A stretch of 64,000 nt of DNA from Octopus sinensis (GCF_006345805.1 NC_043006.1:31868001-31932000), one strand, 5' to 3'; counted from the first letter of the stretch, positions 13,811 through 30,300 are shown. The notes: a model not told the origin generated them from the letters alone. A program made the numbers and translations.

Positions 13811-14572
13811 CAACTTTTATTCCTTTCGGGTCTATAAAATAAGGTACCTGTCATTTAAAAGGGTTGATGCAATCGATAAAACCCCTTCCCTTAAAAGTGT
13901 TTGTCTTGGATCAGGATTTGAAACGATTATAGAAGGGCGCGCTGACCGAGTCGTTAGCGACGTCTTCTTCGGTCCTTTACGTTCTGAGTTCAAATTCCAT
14001 TGACATCAACACACCTCCGCAACAACTGCCACTCCCATGATGTCCTCTTTTGCCAAGGACCTCGAAGGTGTAATAAAGTTTGGAACAGTCGCAATACTCC
14101 GACCCACACCACCGGGCAGTTACGTCCTCCGTTGAAATGCCACAAAGTCTCAAAATCAAAGTTTTCATCGATCATCGATAAACAAACACAAGGTTGCATG
14201 TAGAGGGCGCTTGGGTGGTGAACGTTAGCCAAAAATGAGGGGTGGCATCATCAATGGGGAACTGGGCGTTGTTGGAGGTAATGGCATGCAGGTCTGTGAT
14301 GTAGGGAACATCAAAAACCTAATTAAAATAATTCCGTAAAGAAATATGTTAAAATGGTTTTTACATGTCTTTCTATCGTATCTCGTGCGTTTATCAGAAT
14401 CAGTATCTAATGCTACGGCTTATATATCTGTCGTCTCTGATAGCTATCTACGGGTGCGTATATACATATATATATACACACACACACACATGTATGTATG
14501 TATGTATGTATGTATGTATGTATGTATGTATGTATGTATGTATGTATGTGTGTGTGTGTATTTTTGTTTTAT

Positions 14573-14792
14573 CTTTTACTTCTTCCAGTCAATAGACTGC
14601 GGCCATGCTGGGGCACCGCCTTGAAGAATTTTTTGTCGAATGAATCAATCCTCTCCTTCTTTTTTATGCCTGGTACTTATTCTATCGTTCCCTTTTGCCG
14701 GACAGCTATGTTACGGGGACGTAAACACACTAACACCGTTTGTCAAGTGGCGATGGGGTACAAACACACACACTAAGACGCATTCACATAAC

Positions 14793-14838
<46 letters not shown>

Positions 14839-14900
14839 CAGTTTCCGTTTACCAAATCCACTTACAAGTCTTTAGTCAGCCCGTGCCTGTAGTAGAAGCC
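14573..14900 (-). mobile_element. SINE family A (5'-truncated)
   Basis: Tail and body identity with other family A copies. Confidence 0.8.
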
Positions 14901-15539
14901 ACTGGCGCGTGTGCAAGAGCAGTGTATTCGAGGAATCGAATTTATGTCTGTCAGACAGTCAGGGATTCCCAACTAGATTTTTCTACACCCTCCCCTTCAA
15001 CTGGTTTCTCTTGTGATACTCCAGCGTGCATCTAAGATGCTGTTACAGCCACCTAATTAATATAAATGAGCAGGATTTCCCTAGTGAAGATTCCAGAACC
15101 TTCAAGAAAAATTGTCTATACCTCGTGACAAAATCTTTCTAAGACATTTCCTTCATTTCTATACATTTCCTTCATTTCATGGCAATTTAGAAGAGGCAAG
15201 AGTGAATGCGGACTAGAAATTCTGGTCTCCCTGATGACTGCTTTTCTAAATCCAGTGAACAAATGCCATTCCAGATACTACTAGGTCACGCACGTTCACG
15301 CCTAAAATTACAGTCATCGGAGGCATTATTATAAAGAAGTTTACCGAGAGTGTCTCGTTCAATTTTATATACTCCTGATGTATCTTCATCCGGAGTCTGT
15401 CCTTTATGGGCTTTAGATGATATACAAATATACGTATACATATATAAACATTGTGTGTGTGTGTGTGTGTGTGGTGTGTGTGTGTACAAGTCTTGTCGTC
15501 GGAAACCAACACCAGTCTCTTTGAAGTCCATTTGATCGT

Positions 15540-15928
<389 letters not shown>

Positions 15929-16219
15929 TAACATCGTTGATGTTAATCTAAACATCAAAGGGATACTCATCCTCTTTCTTTAATCTGCGCATTAACTCTG
16001 ACTCCATGTTCCTTTGGTAAGTTTTTGTGCAACTTAGCAGAACATCTTTGGATTTCTATCATTCGGAAGAGATGACATACCTATCATCGTTAACTGCCGC
16101 CACTAATATCGTCATCATCGTCGCCATCGTTTCTATTAACGACATACACGTTATCATTATCATCAGGAGCAGCAGAAGCAGCGCCAACGCCATCACCCTC
16201 ACACCATCAGCAACCACAC

Positions 16220-16337
16220 CTTTTGATGAACCTCTAAGTCACGGTGATGTAAACACACCAACACCGGTTGTCAAGCGATGGTGGGGAGAGGCAAACACAT
16301 ACACTAGGGCGCACGCAAACGTGCATAAAAAAGCGCG

Positions 16338-16373
<36 letters not shown>

Positions 16374-16536
16374 CGACGGGATTCTTTTAGTTTCCGTCTA
16401 CCAAAGTCATTTACAAGGCTTTAGTCGACCCATGGCTATAGTAGAAGACATCTTCCCAAGGTGTCACTCAGTGGGACTGAACCCGGAACCATGTGGCTAG
16501 GAAGCAAATTTCTTACCACACAGCCACGCCTGCGCA
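16220..16536 (-). mobile_element. SINE family A
   Basis: Body, internal CA/TA repeat and tRNA-like head. Confidence 0.85.
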
Positions 16537-16908
16537 TAACGTAATTCTCAGGTAGAATCAGCGTGACATATTGTGCGACTGATCTGTCCCTTTTGTATTA
16601 GAGGTACAATCCTCTCGACGGGCTTCCGTACAGTTTCCATCTACGTTAATATCACCGAGTCTGAAGAGAGTAGAAATTGCTCAAAATGTTAAGCAGTGAG
16701 ACCTGAAGCCGGAAAATGGCGGTTGCAAAGCGAAGTCCTGAACATTTCGAGCCGACTGCACCTCTCCATTTACATGCAGGCTTGGATGGTCACATTAGAT
16801 ACTGTCACTCTAAAATCAACGGGAGCGTCACGGTAGGAATATCTTTGATCCTAGATCTACTGCATCAGAGCTGCCTTGGGGTTAAGCAACCACACCATCA
16901 TCATCATT

Positions 16909-16963
<55 letters not shown>

Positions 16964-17496
16964 CCATCATCATCATCATCGTGATCATCACCATCATCAT
17001 CATCATTATCATCAACGCCGCCACAATCACCTCTGCTACCACCAGCTCCATTACCATCAGCAACTTCCCCAGCGTCCATTTTATTTTTAGTTTTGTGCTT
17101 ATTATATCATTCTCATTTGTCCAACTGCTACATCGCGGTGACGCAAACAAAGACAATACCAGTTTGTCAAGTAGGAGGGGAGACAAACACACACTCCCCC
17201 CCACACACACACACACAATCATAAAGAGAGAGAAAAAGACTGAGAGAGAGAGGAGGGAAACGATGGGCTTCCCCAGTTTCCGTCTCCAAAATTAAATTCA
17301 CAAGGCATTGGTCGTCCAAGATCTTAAGAAGAGACTTGCTCAAGGTAGGGCACGGAGGCATGGAAGCCGAAACCACGTGGTTGCAAAGGAAGGGGTCAAG
17401 CAAAAGAAGCGCACCACATATAATGGTGCCGCTTCGAGGCCGTCGAAGTTATTGTAATAATTCAATGGAAACACCACAGGATGTGAAGAACTAGTT

Positions 17497-18300
17497 ACAC
17501 ACACACACACACACACACACATACACACACGCACACACGCACACACGCACATACACACACATACACACACACACACATCCACATACACACAAATGAACAT
17601 ATACACACACATGCACGCACGCACGCACACATGCACACACACATATACACACATATACACATACACATACCCGCACACACATGCACATATACACATGCAC
17701 GCATACACACATATACGCATACACACACACATGCACACACACATATACACATACGCACACACGCACATACACACACATACACACACACATCCACATACAC
17801 ACAAATGCACATATACACACACATGCACGCACGCACACATGCACACACACATATACACACATATACACATACACGCATACACACATATACACACATGCAC
17901 ACACACACACATATATATACATACACACACACATCCACATACACACAAATGCACATATACACACACATGCACGCACGCACGCATGCACACACACATATAT
18001 ACACATATACCCATACACATACACGCACACACATGCACATACACACATGCACGCATACACACACATATACACACACACATATATATACACATACGCACAC
18101 ATGCACACACATATATACACATACACACACACATGCACATACACATGCACACAGGCACACATACACACACACACACACATATACGCATACACATACATGC
18201 ACACACACATATACACATACACACACATGCGCACACACATACACGTACTCTCTCTCTCTTTCTCTCTCTCACACACACACACACACACATGCACGCATGC
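17497..18300. repeat. Degenerate (CA)n/(CATA)n array with internal higher-order duplications
   Basis: Direct reading. Motif CACATCCACATACACACAAATG recurs near 17575, 17785 and 17930. Confidence 0.9.
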
Positions 18301-18737
18301 ATATATTACTTTTATTCGTTTATCCTTTTATGCGTTCCGTCAGCGCCCAAACAATGCGGCCATGTGGATCTCTCAAGTTTCTTTTGTCAAGATATTGAAT
18401 TGCTGTGAGCCTTTGAACCTCAAGGTATTGCAGTACCTGGTCCTTACTCTAAACGGGTGGATGGGGCCTTTGGAATAGTGCGATGGCGTCCTATCCGGGG
18501 TCTGGTAATAACTCTTGATGCCAAACTATGGTACTAGCCCCTCTAGGATCTTCCATATCTACATCACTGTATATCTATCTCTCCCCTCTTCGCTCTAGGC
18601 CCCAGCATCCCAAACCGTTTCATCAATGCAATCTTCGTGGTGTAGCACAGCCGAACTTGCCTCGAGTTCCGCTATTAATTTGACAACGTAGCGGGGTGAA
18701 GTGGGGAGGTGGACCATGGCTGAATAAATATACAAAC

Positions 18738-20553
<1,816 letters not shown>

Positions 20554-20694
20554 GCGTGTATTTATGTGTGCGTCCTGATCGCGCGGAGCTATGATCAAAG
20601 TCATTCCATCCATGACCAGCATGTCATATACACCGGATAACATTACTAGTGTGTCCTTTTTAAAGACAACAGCATGTATTTCTCTTTTTCTCTT

Positions 20695-21089
20695 TTTACT
20701 TGTTTCAGTCATTTTGACTGCGGCCATGCTGGAGCACCGCCATTGATCGAGCAACTCGACCCCGGGACTTATTCTTTGTAAGCCCAGTACTTATTCTATC
20801 GGTCTCTTTCAGCCGAACCGCTAAGTAACGGGGACATAAACACACCAGCATCGGTTGTCAAGCAATGCTAGGGGGACAAACACAGACACACAAACATACA
20901 CGCACATACATATATATACATATATACGACAGGCTTCTTTCAGTTTCTGTCTACCAAATCCACTCACAAGGCTTTGGTCGGCCCGAGGCTATAGTAGAAG
21001 ACACTTGCCCAAGGTGCCACGCAGTGGGACTGAACCCGGAACCATGTGGTTGGTAAACAAGCTACTTACCACACAGCCACTCCTGCGCC
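20695..21089 (-). mobile_element. SINE family A, near full-length reference copy
   Basis: On the - strand: GGCGCAGGAGTGGCTGTGTGG (A box), GGTTCAGTCCC (B box), central CA/TA repeat, tail ending GAAACAAGTAAAAAGAGAAAAAG. Confidence 0.92.
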
Positions 21090-21839
21090 TTTTTTTAAGA
21101 ACTTGCTGTTATTTCTCGAAAGTCGAGTTCGTTTCATTTCATCCGTATTTGGAGTGATAATGTGTGTGTATGTGTGTATGTGTATGTGTGTGTGTGTGCA
21201 CGCGTTTTATGTATCAATGTGTGTGTATGTGTGTGTGTGTTTGTTGCTTGTATGTGTATGTGTGTGCGCATGTGTGTGTATACATGTGTGTACATATGTA
21301 CATGGGTGTGCTTGTATGTGAATGTATGTGTGTGCCCGTGTGTATGTGTGCGTGCATGTAAGCATGCTTGTATATATTTGTGTGTGTGTGTGTGTGTGCG
21401 TGCGTGCGAGCGTGCGTGCGTGTCTGTGTAGATGTCTGTGGATATGTGTGTGTGCGTGTGTGTGTGTGAGATGCGTTATGGGTGTAACCGCTACCCAGCT
21501 TCTCCCTGTGCCATCCAACAGCACCCACGAGATGATAACTATAAAAATATGGCCATGTCGTTAAAGTAATCTTGTGCTGTGTTTCAAGACCTTCTTCTTT
21601 CCGATCCCACCTCCTCCTCCTCCTCCGCCGCCGCCGCCTCCTCCTCCTCCTATTCCTCCGATTCCTCCTATTCCTCCTGCTCCCACCGAAACTGACTGCG
21701 ATGGCGAGGGTGGTGGGGGGGATCGCTGGAAAACGCATTAGGACTCTTAGGACCTTACTCTCTGCGACGTTACCATCCTGCCAGTGTTTAGAACAACAAC
21801 ATCGTTGCTGTCATCGTCGTCGTCGTCAATGTCATCGCT

Positions 21840-21875
<36 letters not shown>

Positions 21876-22102
21876 GGCATCATCATCATCGGCATCCATC
21901 GTCATCATCATCATCGTCAGCAGCCGCAGCGGCGATCATCATCATCTCCCATGCCATTATAACCATCGCCCCACTCCTCCGCCTTTTCCTCCTCCTCCTC
22001 CTCCTTTTCATTCTCCTCCTTCAGCTAATCATCATCATCATCACCACTACCACCACCACTATCACCACCGTCATCATTATTTTCTTTTTTTTATCGTTGT
22101 CG

Positions 22103-22134
<32 letters not shown>

Positions 22135-22849
22135 GTTATAAATAACATGGACGATGGCAGTAGTAATAGTTAAATTAGTGTTAACATAATTAATTCTAAT
22201 TAGCATTTTAAAAGGCTAATTAGAAATATTTAAATGCCAACGATAAAACAACAGATAATACGGTTTTCACGGAAGATCATTCTTGGCATGTCCCTGTCTT
22301 ATTGGACCTCTTCAGTTAAACATAGACCTCAGTATTTTCACCAAGTAATGATGAGAGAGAATCACTCAGCTCTATAATATTGTACACCAGCATCCATGAC
22401 CCTTTATTTTCTTCTTTCGGGCCGTCGAAGTTATCTTCAGACAAAACACCAAGCCTAAAAGATAGGGAACCCAGAGGGAGACCAACGAAGGGTACTCAAA
22501 GACCAGGTGCTTTTAAACAAGACGATGGATTAACTCTTTCAATTCGTTTTCCGAACCACGGGGGCAAATAGGTACCTGTTCCCATTAAGTGTGTGAGTGA
22601 CTCCTAGTGGAATATTAACTCAAATCTGGATACGGTGGCATGTTTATTTTGATAGTGTCAAAGGTTGTCATTTTTTCCGTCAGAATAAATTTAGTTCACA
22701 TCGCTTTACGTTCTGAAATCAAATTCTGCCCAAGACAACTTCATCTTTCGTATTCTGGTAAAGTAAATATCGCTCAAGTGTTGGGTGTCAATTGAATATC
22801 TGGGTGTTTGTGCGGGTGCATTCGTATGTACATGCATTCTCATACATAC

Positions 22850-22893
<44 letters not shown>

Positions 22894-22920
22894 CATTCTC
22901 ATACATATATATATATATAT

Positions 22921-23154
22921 ATATTTCTTTACTGCCCACAAAGGGCTAAACATAGAGGGGACAAACAAGGACAGACAAAGGGATTAAGTCAATTACATCG
23001 ACCCCAGTGCGTAACTGGTACTTTATTTATCGACCCCGAAAGGATGAAAGGCAAAGTCGACCTCGGCGGAATTTGAACTCAAAACGTAACGGCGGACGAA
23101 ATACAGCTACGCATTTCGCCCGGCGTGCTAACGTTTCTGCCAGCTCACCGCCTT
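22921..23154 (-). mobile_element. SINE family B, flanked by (TA)n on both sides
   Basis: AAGGCGGTGAGCTGGCAGAAACGTTAGC head through GTGGGCAGTAAAGAAAT tail. Confidence 0.9.
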
Positions 23155-23178
23155 CACACATATATATATATATATATA

Positions 23179-23256
<78 letters not shown>

Positions 23257-23324
23257 AACATGCATATATATATATAGATATATATATATATATAATGTAT
23301 GTATGTATGTATGTATATGTGTGT

Positions 23325-23372
<48 letters not shown>

Positions 23373-23529
23373 TGTGTGTGTGTGTGTGTGCGTGCGTGCG
23401 TGCGTGTGCAGTGTTCGGCTACATTTGAAAATTTTCATAAAAAGAAAGCAAAACACAATGTCGCAGCCAAGAAATAAACTATTCTAAAAATTCAGAAAAA
23501 TGGCTGAGCGATAAGTTTCCTCAAATTTA

Positions 23530-24075
23530 CCGCCCTCAGCTTCCAAGATGGCTCCGGAACATGGCGTATGTGTTCCTCACTGTATTCTTGGAAAAACCTT
23601 CGAGCACCTCCTTGATCTTGGCCACCAGCTCAACCTTGATGTTGCAGGCAGAGCGGCCGGTGTCTTTCTCGACATAGTGATCCGTAGGATTAGAATCAGG
23701 AGAATTAGGAAGCCAGAAATTGAGGCTTGTGAAGTCGAAGGAATTTCTGCAACAGCCACTTCTGACTCTTTCCGGAGGTATGGCAAGAAACCGAATCCTG
23801 CTGCCATACATATGACTTTCCAGCAGCAACCCGCTCCTGCCAGGGATTCACCACAATTTCCCGTAGATTCTGAATTGAGCTTAAGATCCTGACGTGCGGA
23901 TGCGGTCAGAATGCCTGTTGTCTTCCTTCCTGCTGTGTCCCTACTTTCAGCAGTCAGGAAGTCGGCATTTTGACCCCCGTCGCAAATCATTACGATAAAC
24001 ATAACTCTTTTCCAATATTCAGATGGCTTCCACTCCTCCATCTCAGCTAACTTTTTCTCAACTACAATTTTAATC
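23530..24075 (-). mobile_element. Tc1/mariner-superfamily (maT/DD37D-like) deletion derivative
   Basis: YVWQQD...FWLPNSPDSNPTDH.VEKD...ELVAKIKEV...FRSHL resembles the WPPNSPDLNPLDY motif. Same family as 52480-53110. Confidence 0.75.
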
Positions 24076-24443
24076 TTTATGCTCTCCAACGCCGTTCACT
24101 GTTCCCAATACACCTTAGATGTTCCTTATAAAAAATAAAAAGGAGACATAGAAAAGGCATATTTCTCTAAGATACACACAAAAACTACGGCAACTAACGT
24201 TTTCGACTATTTTTCTGAGTGCAACACACGTTGAAAGCAATCATTTGGTAAACCATTATAAAGCTTGGTTTTTGCCGATTTGTGTGTAGAGGAGCTGTGC
24301 CTCTAAAATATGGGATTATGTGTAAGAGAGAATACATGCGTATGTAAATGTATGTGAGTGTGTGAGAGAGAGGGGAAAGAATATATGAGTGTCAGTATAA
24401 GCGTCTGAAGTAAATTATTCAAGAGATATTTTCCATAACCTAT

Positions 24444-24675
24444 TTCTTTACTAACCACAAGGGGCCAAACACAAAAAGGACAAACAAGGACAGACAAATG
24501 GATTTAGTCGATTATATCGACCCCCAATGAGTAACTGGTACTTATTTAATCAACCCCGAAAGGATGAAAGGCAAAGTCGACCTCGGCGGAATTTGAACTC
24601 AGAACGTAACAGCAGACGAAATACGGCTACGCATTTCGCCCGACGTGCTAACGTTTCTGCCAGCTCGCCGCCTTT
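24444..24675 (-). mobile_element. SINE family B
   Basis: Near-identical to 22921-23154. Confidence 0.9.
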
Positions 24676-25231
24676 TGGCAATATTTTCCATAACCACAGC
24701 TATGTCTAATATCACAAAGATGGCAGAACTGGTGTGAATTATTTTCCTTCCTCACCACCTTAAATGTACATAATTCTCATTACTTTGTATTCTTTCTCAA
24801 GCATTATTGGGTTGTGAAGGTCAGAAAATATGCATGCATTCAACAGTTGTTAATTGTCCGTATCAGATCGATATCTATACCTCCGTTGCCATTGATTTGT
24901 GTTCGATTGGAGTGAGACACGCAGAGGTTTACTCTGCGTGAACTGAGTTTCAAGGGAAATAACCCTAGGTGCATGCAGATAGTATCTTCCCTTTGTCAAG
25001 GGGAGGTAACATAGGCCTTACAAATTTCTGATAAAATTATTCGATTAATGCGTTCGACTAAATTCATCGTTTTTTTTTTTTTTTTTGTGGTAATTTTCAA
25101 CTAAATATTAAAATGTCGCAGCCTTTTACAGACATATTTTCTACACTAAATTTTGAATAAAAATTCATTTCAGTCTAGTAGTAATATTGAACTGCAATTT
25201 AATTTTTCGGCTATCAATGATTATAAACGTG

Positions 25232-25480
25232 AAGCCTCGCAGTCTAGTGGCTAGGATATTGCACTCGTGATCATAAGATAGTGGTTTCGATTCCCGCACT
25301 GAGTGATGTGTTGTATTCACGAGCAAAACATCTCGCGTTGTTCCAGTCTACTCAACTGTAAATAAGTTCTGACCGTTGCTGCGAAGTTAACCCAGTGATT
25401 GACTGGCGTCCCATCCAGGGTCGGTTGTGTGTTGTAATCTCAATCATTCATATGCCATGGAAATTTGGTTAAGTTCCAGC
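25232..25480 (+). mobile_element. tRNA-headed SINE, family C (MetaSINE-like body)
   Basis: AGTCTAGTGG A box, GTTTCGATTCCC B box, TCCAGTCTACTCAACTGTAAAT and GGCGTCCCATCCAGGG motifs. Confidence 0.6.
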
Positions 25481-25818
25481 TTTATGTGTACTCATTAAGA
25501 AAAAACAAAAAAATCAGACACCATCGCCTACCACCCCACTCACCCAGTTGACCCAGCCGGGGTTGATCAGGTCCCAGTTTGCATCCCAGAAACAGCAAAC
25601 CACTGCTCTGCCCTCTTTATCCAAAGTTATCTTTTGTGCCTTCTCTACAGCTTCCCCCTATAACTCCAAGGCCCAACCACAGTTTTGCAAAGTGAATGCC
25701 CCACAAATCTCCAACAGCTCGCCGATACAAATACTGTAAATATATGCTCTAAAGATAGGATCAATAACTCTCACGCCAAATATGGGGACAAGGGCACACA
25801 TTTTAGGGGAAGGTAAAA

Positions 25819-25919
<101 letters not shown>

Positions 25920-26209
25920 GTGTGTGTGTGCTGCTTCTTCTTCTCTCTCCTCTCTCTCCCTGCCAACATATACAAGTTCACGTTGTCTTGCGTCCCCATC
26001 AGTTGCAGCCAGTTTCATAAATGTAGATGATGAAAAACTCTGCTGTCTTTTCTTTCTACCACCACCACCTGCCCCGCACCATTATCTTCACCATGAAAAT
26101 GGACTCTCGCGGAAACAATGACAATTTCGCTGTGCTCGTTTTGTCAATTTTTCCAAATAATACAAATGCAGACAACTACCAGTCTCTTTGGATTCTGTTC
26201 CATATATCT

Positions 26210-27215
26210 TATACGAGGGGGTATCCATTAAAGATTTTCCCTGACACACTTCCGATTATTGCAGGAAACAGAACTTGTACATGTATAATCATACATGTCT
26301 CTACATGTCACGTTGTAAATTGCAGCTTTCCACTAGTATTCGTTTGTTTTTTACAGCTGCTGAAGTAGACTAAGGTATTATAAAGGAGGTATTATAAAGG
26401 TGGCGAGCTGGCAGAAACGTTAGCGCGCCAGGTGAAATGCTTAGCGATATTTCGTCTGCCGCTACGTTCTGAGTTCAAATTCCGCCCAGGTCGACTTTGC
26501 CTTTCGTCCTTTCGGGGTCAATTAAATAAGTACCAGTTACGCACTGGGGTCGATATAATCGACTCAATCCGTTTGTCTGTCCTTATTTGTACTCTGTGTG
26601 TAGCCCCTTGTGGGCAGTAAAGAAATAGAAATAGGTATTATAATGGAGGCATACTAGATAGGTCGTACACCAAAAGAAACTTTTGATGATATGAAAGAAG
26701 TTTATGGTGACGATGCACCATCGTACGATGTAATCAAGCACTGGTGTCGCCAATTCAAATGAGGTCGGACATCGGTGGAAACTGCTCCCATTCCTGGACG
26801 AGCACATTCCGCTATTGATGATGACACTATCCATAAAGTGGAAGCCGCCATTTTGGTGGATCGCCGCATAACTATTCGGCAATTAGCCCAAGAAGTGAAG
26901 AGGAGTGTAGGGTCCGTGGAAAAAAAATCATTCATGACCATCTGCACGATGAAATCCCCGGAGGCTCACGTCTTTTCAGAGCAGGAACGGGTCAATTGCT
27001 CCCAGGCTCTTTTGGCAATGTGTCAAGAAAATGAGGAGGACTTTTTCGGCAGATTTATCACACAGAGTGAAACATGGGTCCATCACTATGATCCTGAGAT
27101 CAAAGTCCAGTCGAAGGAACGGAAGCATGATAACTCACCACCTCCAAAGAAGGCTCGTGTCCAATCCTCAGCAGGCAAGTTGATGCTATCTTTTGAGGTC
27201 ATCGCGGAGTAGTAA
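26210..27215 (+). mobile_element. Mariner (irritans-like) relic interrupted by a SINE
   Basis: TA-CGAGGGG end. VYGDDAPSY.VIKHW..QFK, DRRITIRQLA, ETWVHHYDPE.K.QS, SAGKLML. In-frame stops present. Confidence 0.88.
26399..26632 (+). mobile_element. SINE family B with target-site duplication AGGTATTATAA
   Basis: Full head-to-tail copy. AGGTATTATAA at 26387-26397 and 26633-26643. Confidence 0.9.
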
Positions 27216-27802
27216 TGACAGACAGACAGAGCAGGGCAGGCAGGCAGAGCACATCAATAGCAAAAGACAAACACAAGAAAGAGGTCAGAAACGTTCACAG
27301 TTAAACTGTTAATGTTTAGCTTGACGCTCAAAGAAGAAAAAAAACTAAAGGAAAATTTCTAGAACAAGAGTGTAATGTTTCGGACATATTCCTTCGTCGA
27401 ATACTAATGGAGAGTCTAGGGAAAACTGGGGAGAGAAGAACTTGAGAAGGAAAAGGAGACAAAGAAGACGGGAGAGAACAAGTGGGAAAAACTGGAAAAA
27501 CGCACGTGGGTCAGGTTTATGTTTCCGACAGCATATCGTGCGTGTGCTTGTGTCAATTTGACTCAGCTCAATTCCACATTAGGTTGTGGATCTGAGACAC
27601 GTCCAACACATCATCAGATGTTCTGAGATAGAGACCAAAGAATCTACACGACATTTAAAATAGCTTCTGAGTATCTCCCCCGCCACACACACACACACAT
27701 TGTTTTATTCAAGTCAGTAATTGTTAATGCTCTTATAATGACATCATTTATCAAATTTTTAGGTGTAAATCTTTTACAACAGTTCTCTAAGTCTTTTTTT
27801 AC

Positions 27803-28004
27803 TCTTTTACTTGTTTCAAGTCATTTGACTGTGACCATGCTGGAGCACCACCTTTAGTCGAGCAAATCGACTCCAGGACTTATTCTTTGTAAGCCTAGTA
27901 CTTATTCTATCGGTCTCTTTGCCGAACCGCTAAGTTACGGAGACGTAATCACACCAGCATCGGTTGTCAAGCGATGTTGGGAGGGGGGACAGACACAAAC
28001 ATAT

Positions 28005-28054
<50 letters not shown>

Positions 28055-28240
28055 TATATATATATACATATATACACGACGGGCTTCTTTCGGTTTCCGT
28101 CCACCAAATCCACTCACAAGGCTTTAGTCAGCCCGAGGCTATAGTAGAAGACACTTGCCCAAGGTGCCACACTGTGGGACTGAACCCGGAACCATTTGAT
28201 TTGTAAGCAAGCTACTTACCACACAGCCACTCCTACGCCT
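27803..28240 (-). mobile_element. SINE family A, full-length
   Basis: High identity to 20695-21089. Confidence 0.92.
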
Positions 28241-28329
28241 ATCTGTTGATGTTATGTACCACATGTGTTCGTGTGCCGACATGATTAAGGCTGCAATCTA
28301 TTCAGGCAATGGGATTGTATATTCTACCA

Positions 28330-28646
28330 TAATCCTGTTAAGCCTAAGCTGCTAGATCAGGGTTATCAGCAGCCAAAGGCCTGAAGCTCATCAACAGGGC
28401 ATCCTTCTGGTGGCAACAATAAGACACGATTAATTTTTCCTGTTCATAGATACCGATTACTGGCACAATGACACCAAGAATAAAGCAGTCTGCTAAGTCA
28501 TCCAGCTTGATATAGTAGAATTCATACATTGCAAAATCGAAATCCCTCCTCCTGAAGGTTCAAGATTTTCGTAGATAACCCACCAAAATTAACAACCTCT
28601 TTATCAGAATTCCCTTCCCTACTGAGTAAGAAAGGAAGGTGACCCA

Positions 28647-28730
<84 letters not shown>

Positions 28731-29200
28731 GTATGTATGTATGTATGTATGTATGTATGTATGTATGTATGTATGTATGTATGTATGTATGTATGTATGT
28801 ATGTATGTATGTATGTATGTATGTATGTATGTATGTATGTATGTATGTGTGTCTGTGTGTGTGTGTGCATGTATGCATGCATGCATGTGATTAATAGCTA
28901 TAGAAGCAATATTAACGCCAACAGGCAATCTTGATCTCCAGTTTAACTTGGATGCTGCTTTAGAACACAGAATACTGAGTTACCTTGAAAGAGGATATCT
29001 CATAAGGACACGGGGTTCCTAAAAACACTCGTAATTATATCGTTGACAGACGAGAACCAACTGCTTCGGCTGTCAGAAATGCCAGATTACATGATTTCAC
29101 CCTGCAACGAGTTCCTCTGTGACAGATGTCCAGCAGTGGCATAACAGCTGAATCTCCCATCAACGATATATATACAATATCATTGCCTATTCAAGCAGTG
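28330..29200 (-). mobile_element. Probable Penelope-like element remnant
   Basis: Decayed GIY-YIG C-terminal-like peptides (FCNV..., MNRK, LIVSYCCHQK). 28930-29045 resembles 29920-30035. Degenerate hammerhead-like motif at 29081-29125. Confidence 0.4.
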
Positions 29201-29262
29201 ATGACACAAATAGCCTCAAGGCTTATCAAAAAAATGATAATGAGAGCAGTAGTATTAATACC

Positions 29263-29913
29263 AGCACGACCTTCGAACGTTGGGCCTCACAGAGGTAATG
29301 ACAAGCAACCGTGATAGGCAGTGCTTGAGAAGACCCCGACAAGCCAAATGAGACCGTAACCGTGATCAATGCCAGTGTCGCATAACCGGCCCATTTAAGA
29401 GTACCATTCAATCATTGGGCAATATACTGTGCTTGGAAAGACATGTTGAGTCAAGTAAAATCATGGTCGTGGTTGATGCCAGTACCGCCTGATTGGCACT
29501 CGTGCCAGTGGCGCGTAAAAGGCACCATTCAAGCATGGTTGATGCCAGTCCCACTGGACTGGCTCCCGTACCGGTGGTACATAAAATACACCATACGAAC
29601 GTAGTCAGTGCTAGTGCCACCTGATTGGCACATAAAAAGCACCATTCAAGGGTGGTCGTTGCCAGTTCCGCCTGACTCGCCCCCTTGCCGGTGGCATGTA
29701 AAAAGCACCCTTCGAGCGTGGTCGATGCCAGTACCGCCTAATTAGCCTTCGTGCTCGTAAAAACCACTCATTACACTCTCGGACTGGTTGGTGTTGGGAA
29801 GGACATCTTGCCAGATCAGATTGGAGCCTGGTGCTACCTCCTGGCTTATCAGTCCTCAGTCAAACCGTCCAACCCATGCCAGCATGGAAAGTGGACGTTA
29901 AACGATGATGATA
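29263..29913 (+). mobile_element. RTE LINE 3' fragment (last codons, repeat-containing 3'UTR, GAT tail)
   Basis: HDLRTLGLT peptide, about 60-bp internal repeats, AACCCATGCCAGCATGGAAAGTGGACGTTAAACGATGATG end. Confidence 0.85.
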
Positions 29914-30087
29914 ATGAATTACCTCCAACTTAATGTGGAGGTTGTGTTAGAACACAGATGACTGCATTATTTATCATGAATGGATTTCTCATAAGGACTC
30001 GTGGTGCAAAGAAGCACTTGTGTTTATATCGTTTGCTACAGCCACTGGAATTGTGAGATATTCAACTCTTATGCCAGTACCACATGC

Positions 30088-30133
30088 CTGTCACTGATGA
30101 GGCCGGGCAGAGCGAAATCACGTGATCTGACAG
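30088..30133 (+). ncRNA. Minimal type I hammerhead ribozyme motif
   Basis: CTGTCA-CTGATGA-(13 nt)-GAAA-TCACGTGA-TC-TGACAG: 6-bp stem I, intact core boxes, palindromic stem III, AUC triplet. Stem II weak. Confidence 0.6.
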
Positions 30134-30300
30134 TTCTGGTGGCCACAGATGTCGTCTGTCAACGATATAAATACAGGTGCTTTTGTGCACCACAAGTCTA
30201 TTAAAGAGGTCCTTTCAAGGTAGATAACAGTATTTTGTGTTCCAACAAAACATTCACATTAAGTTGGAGATCAAGATTACTTTTTGATATATATATATAT

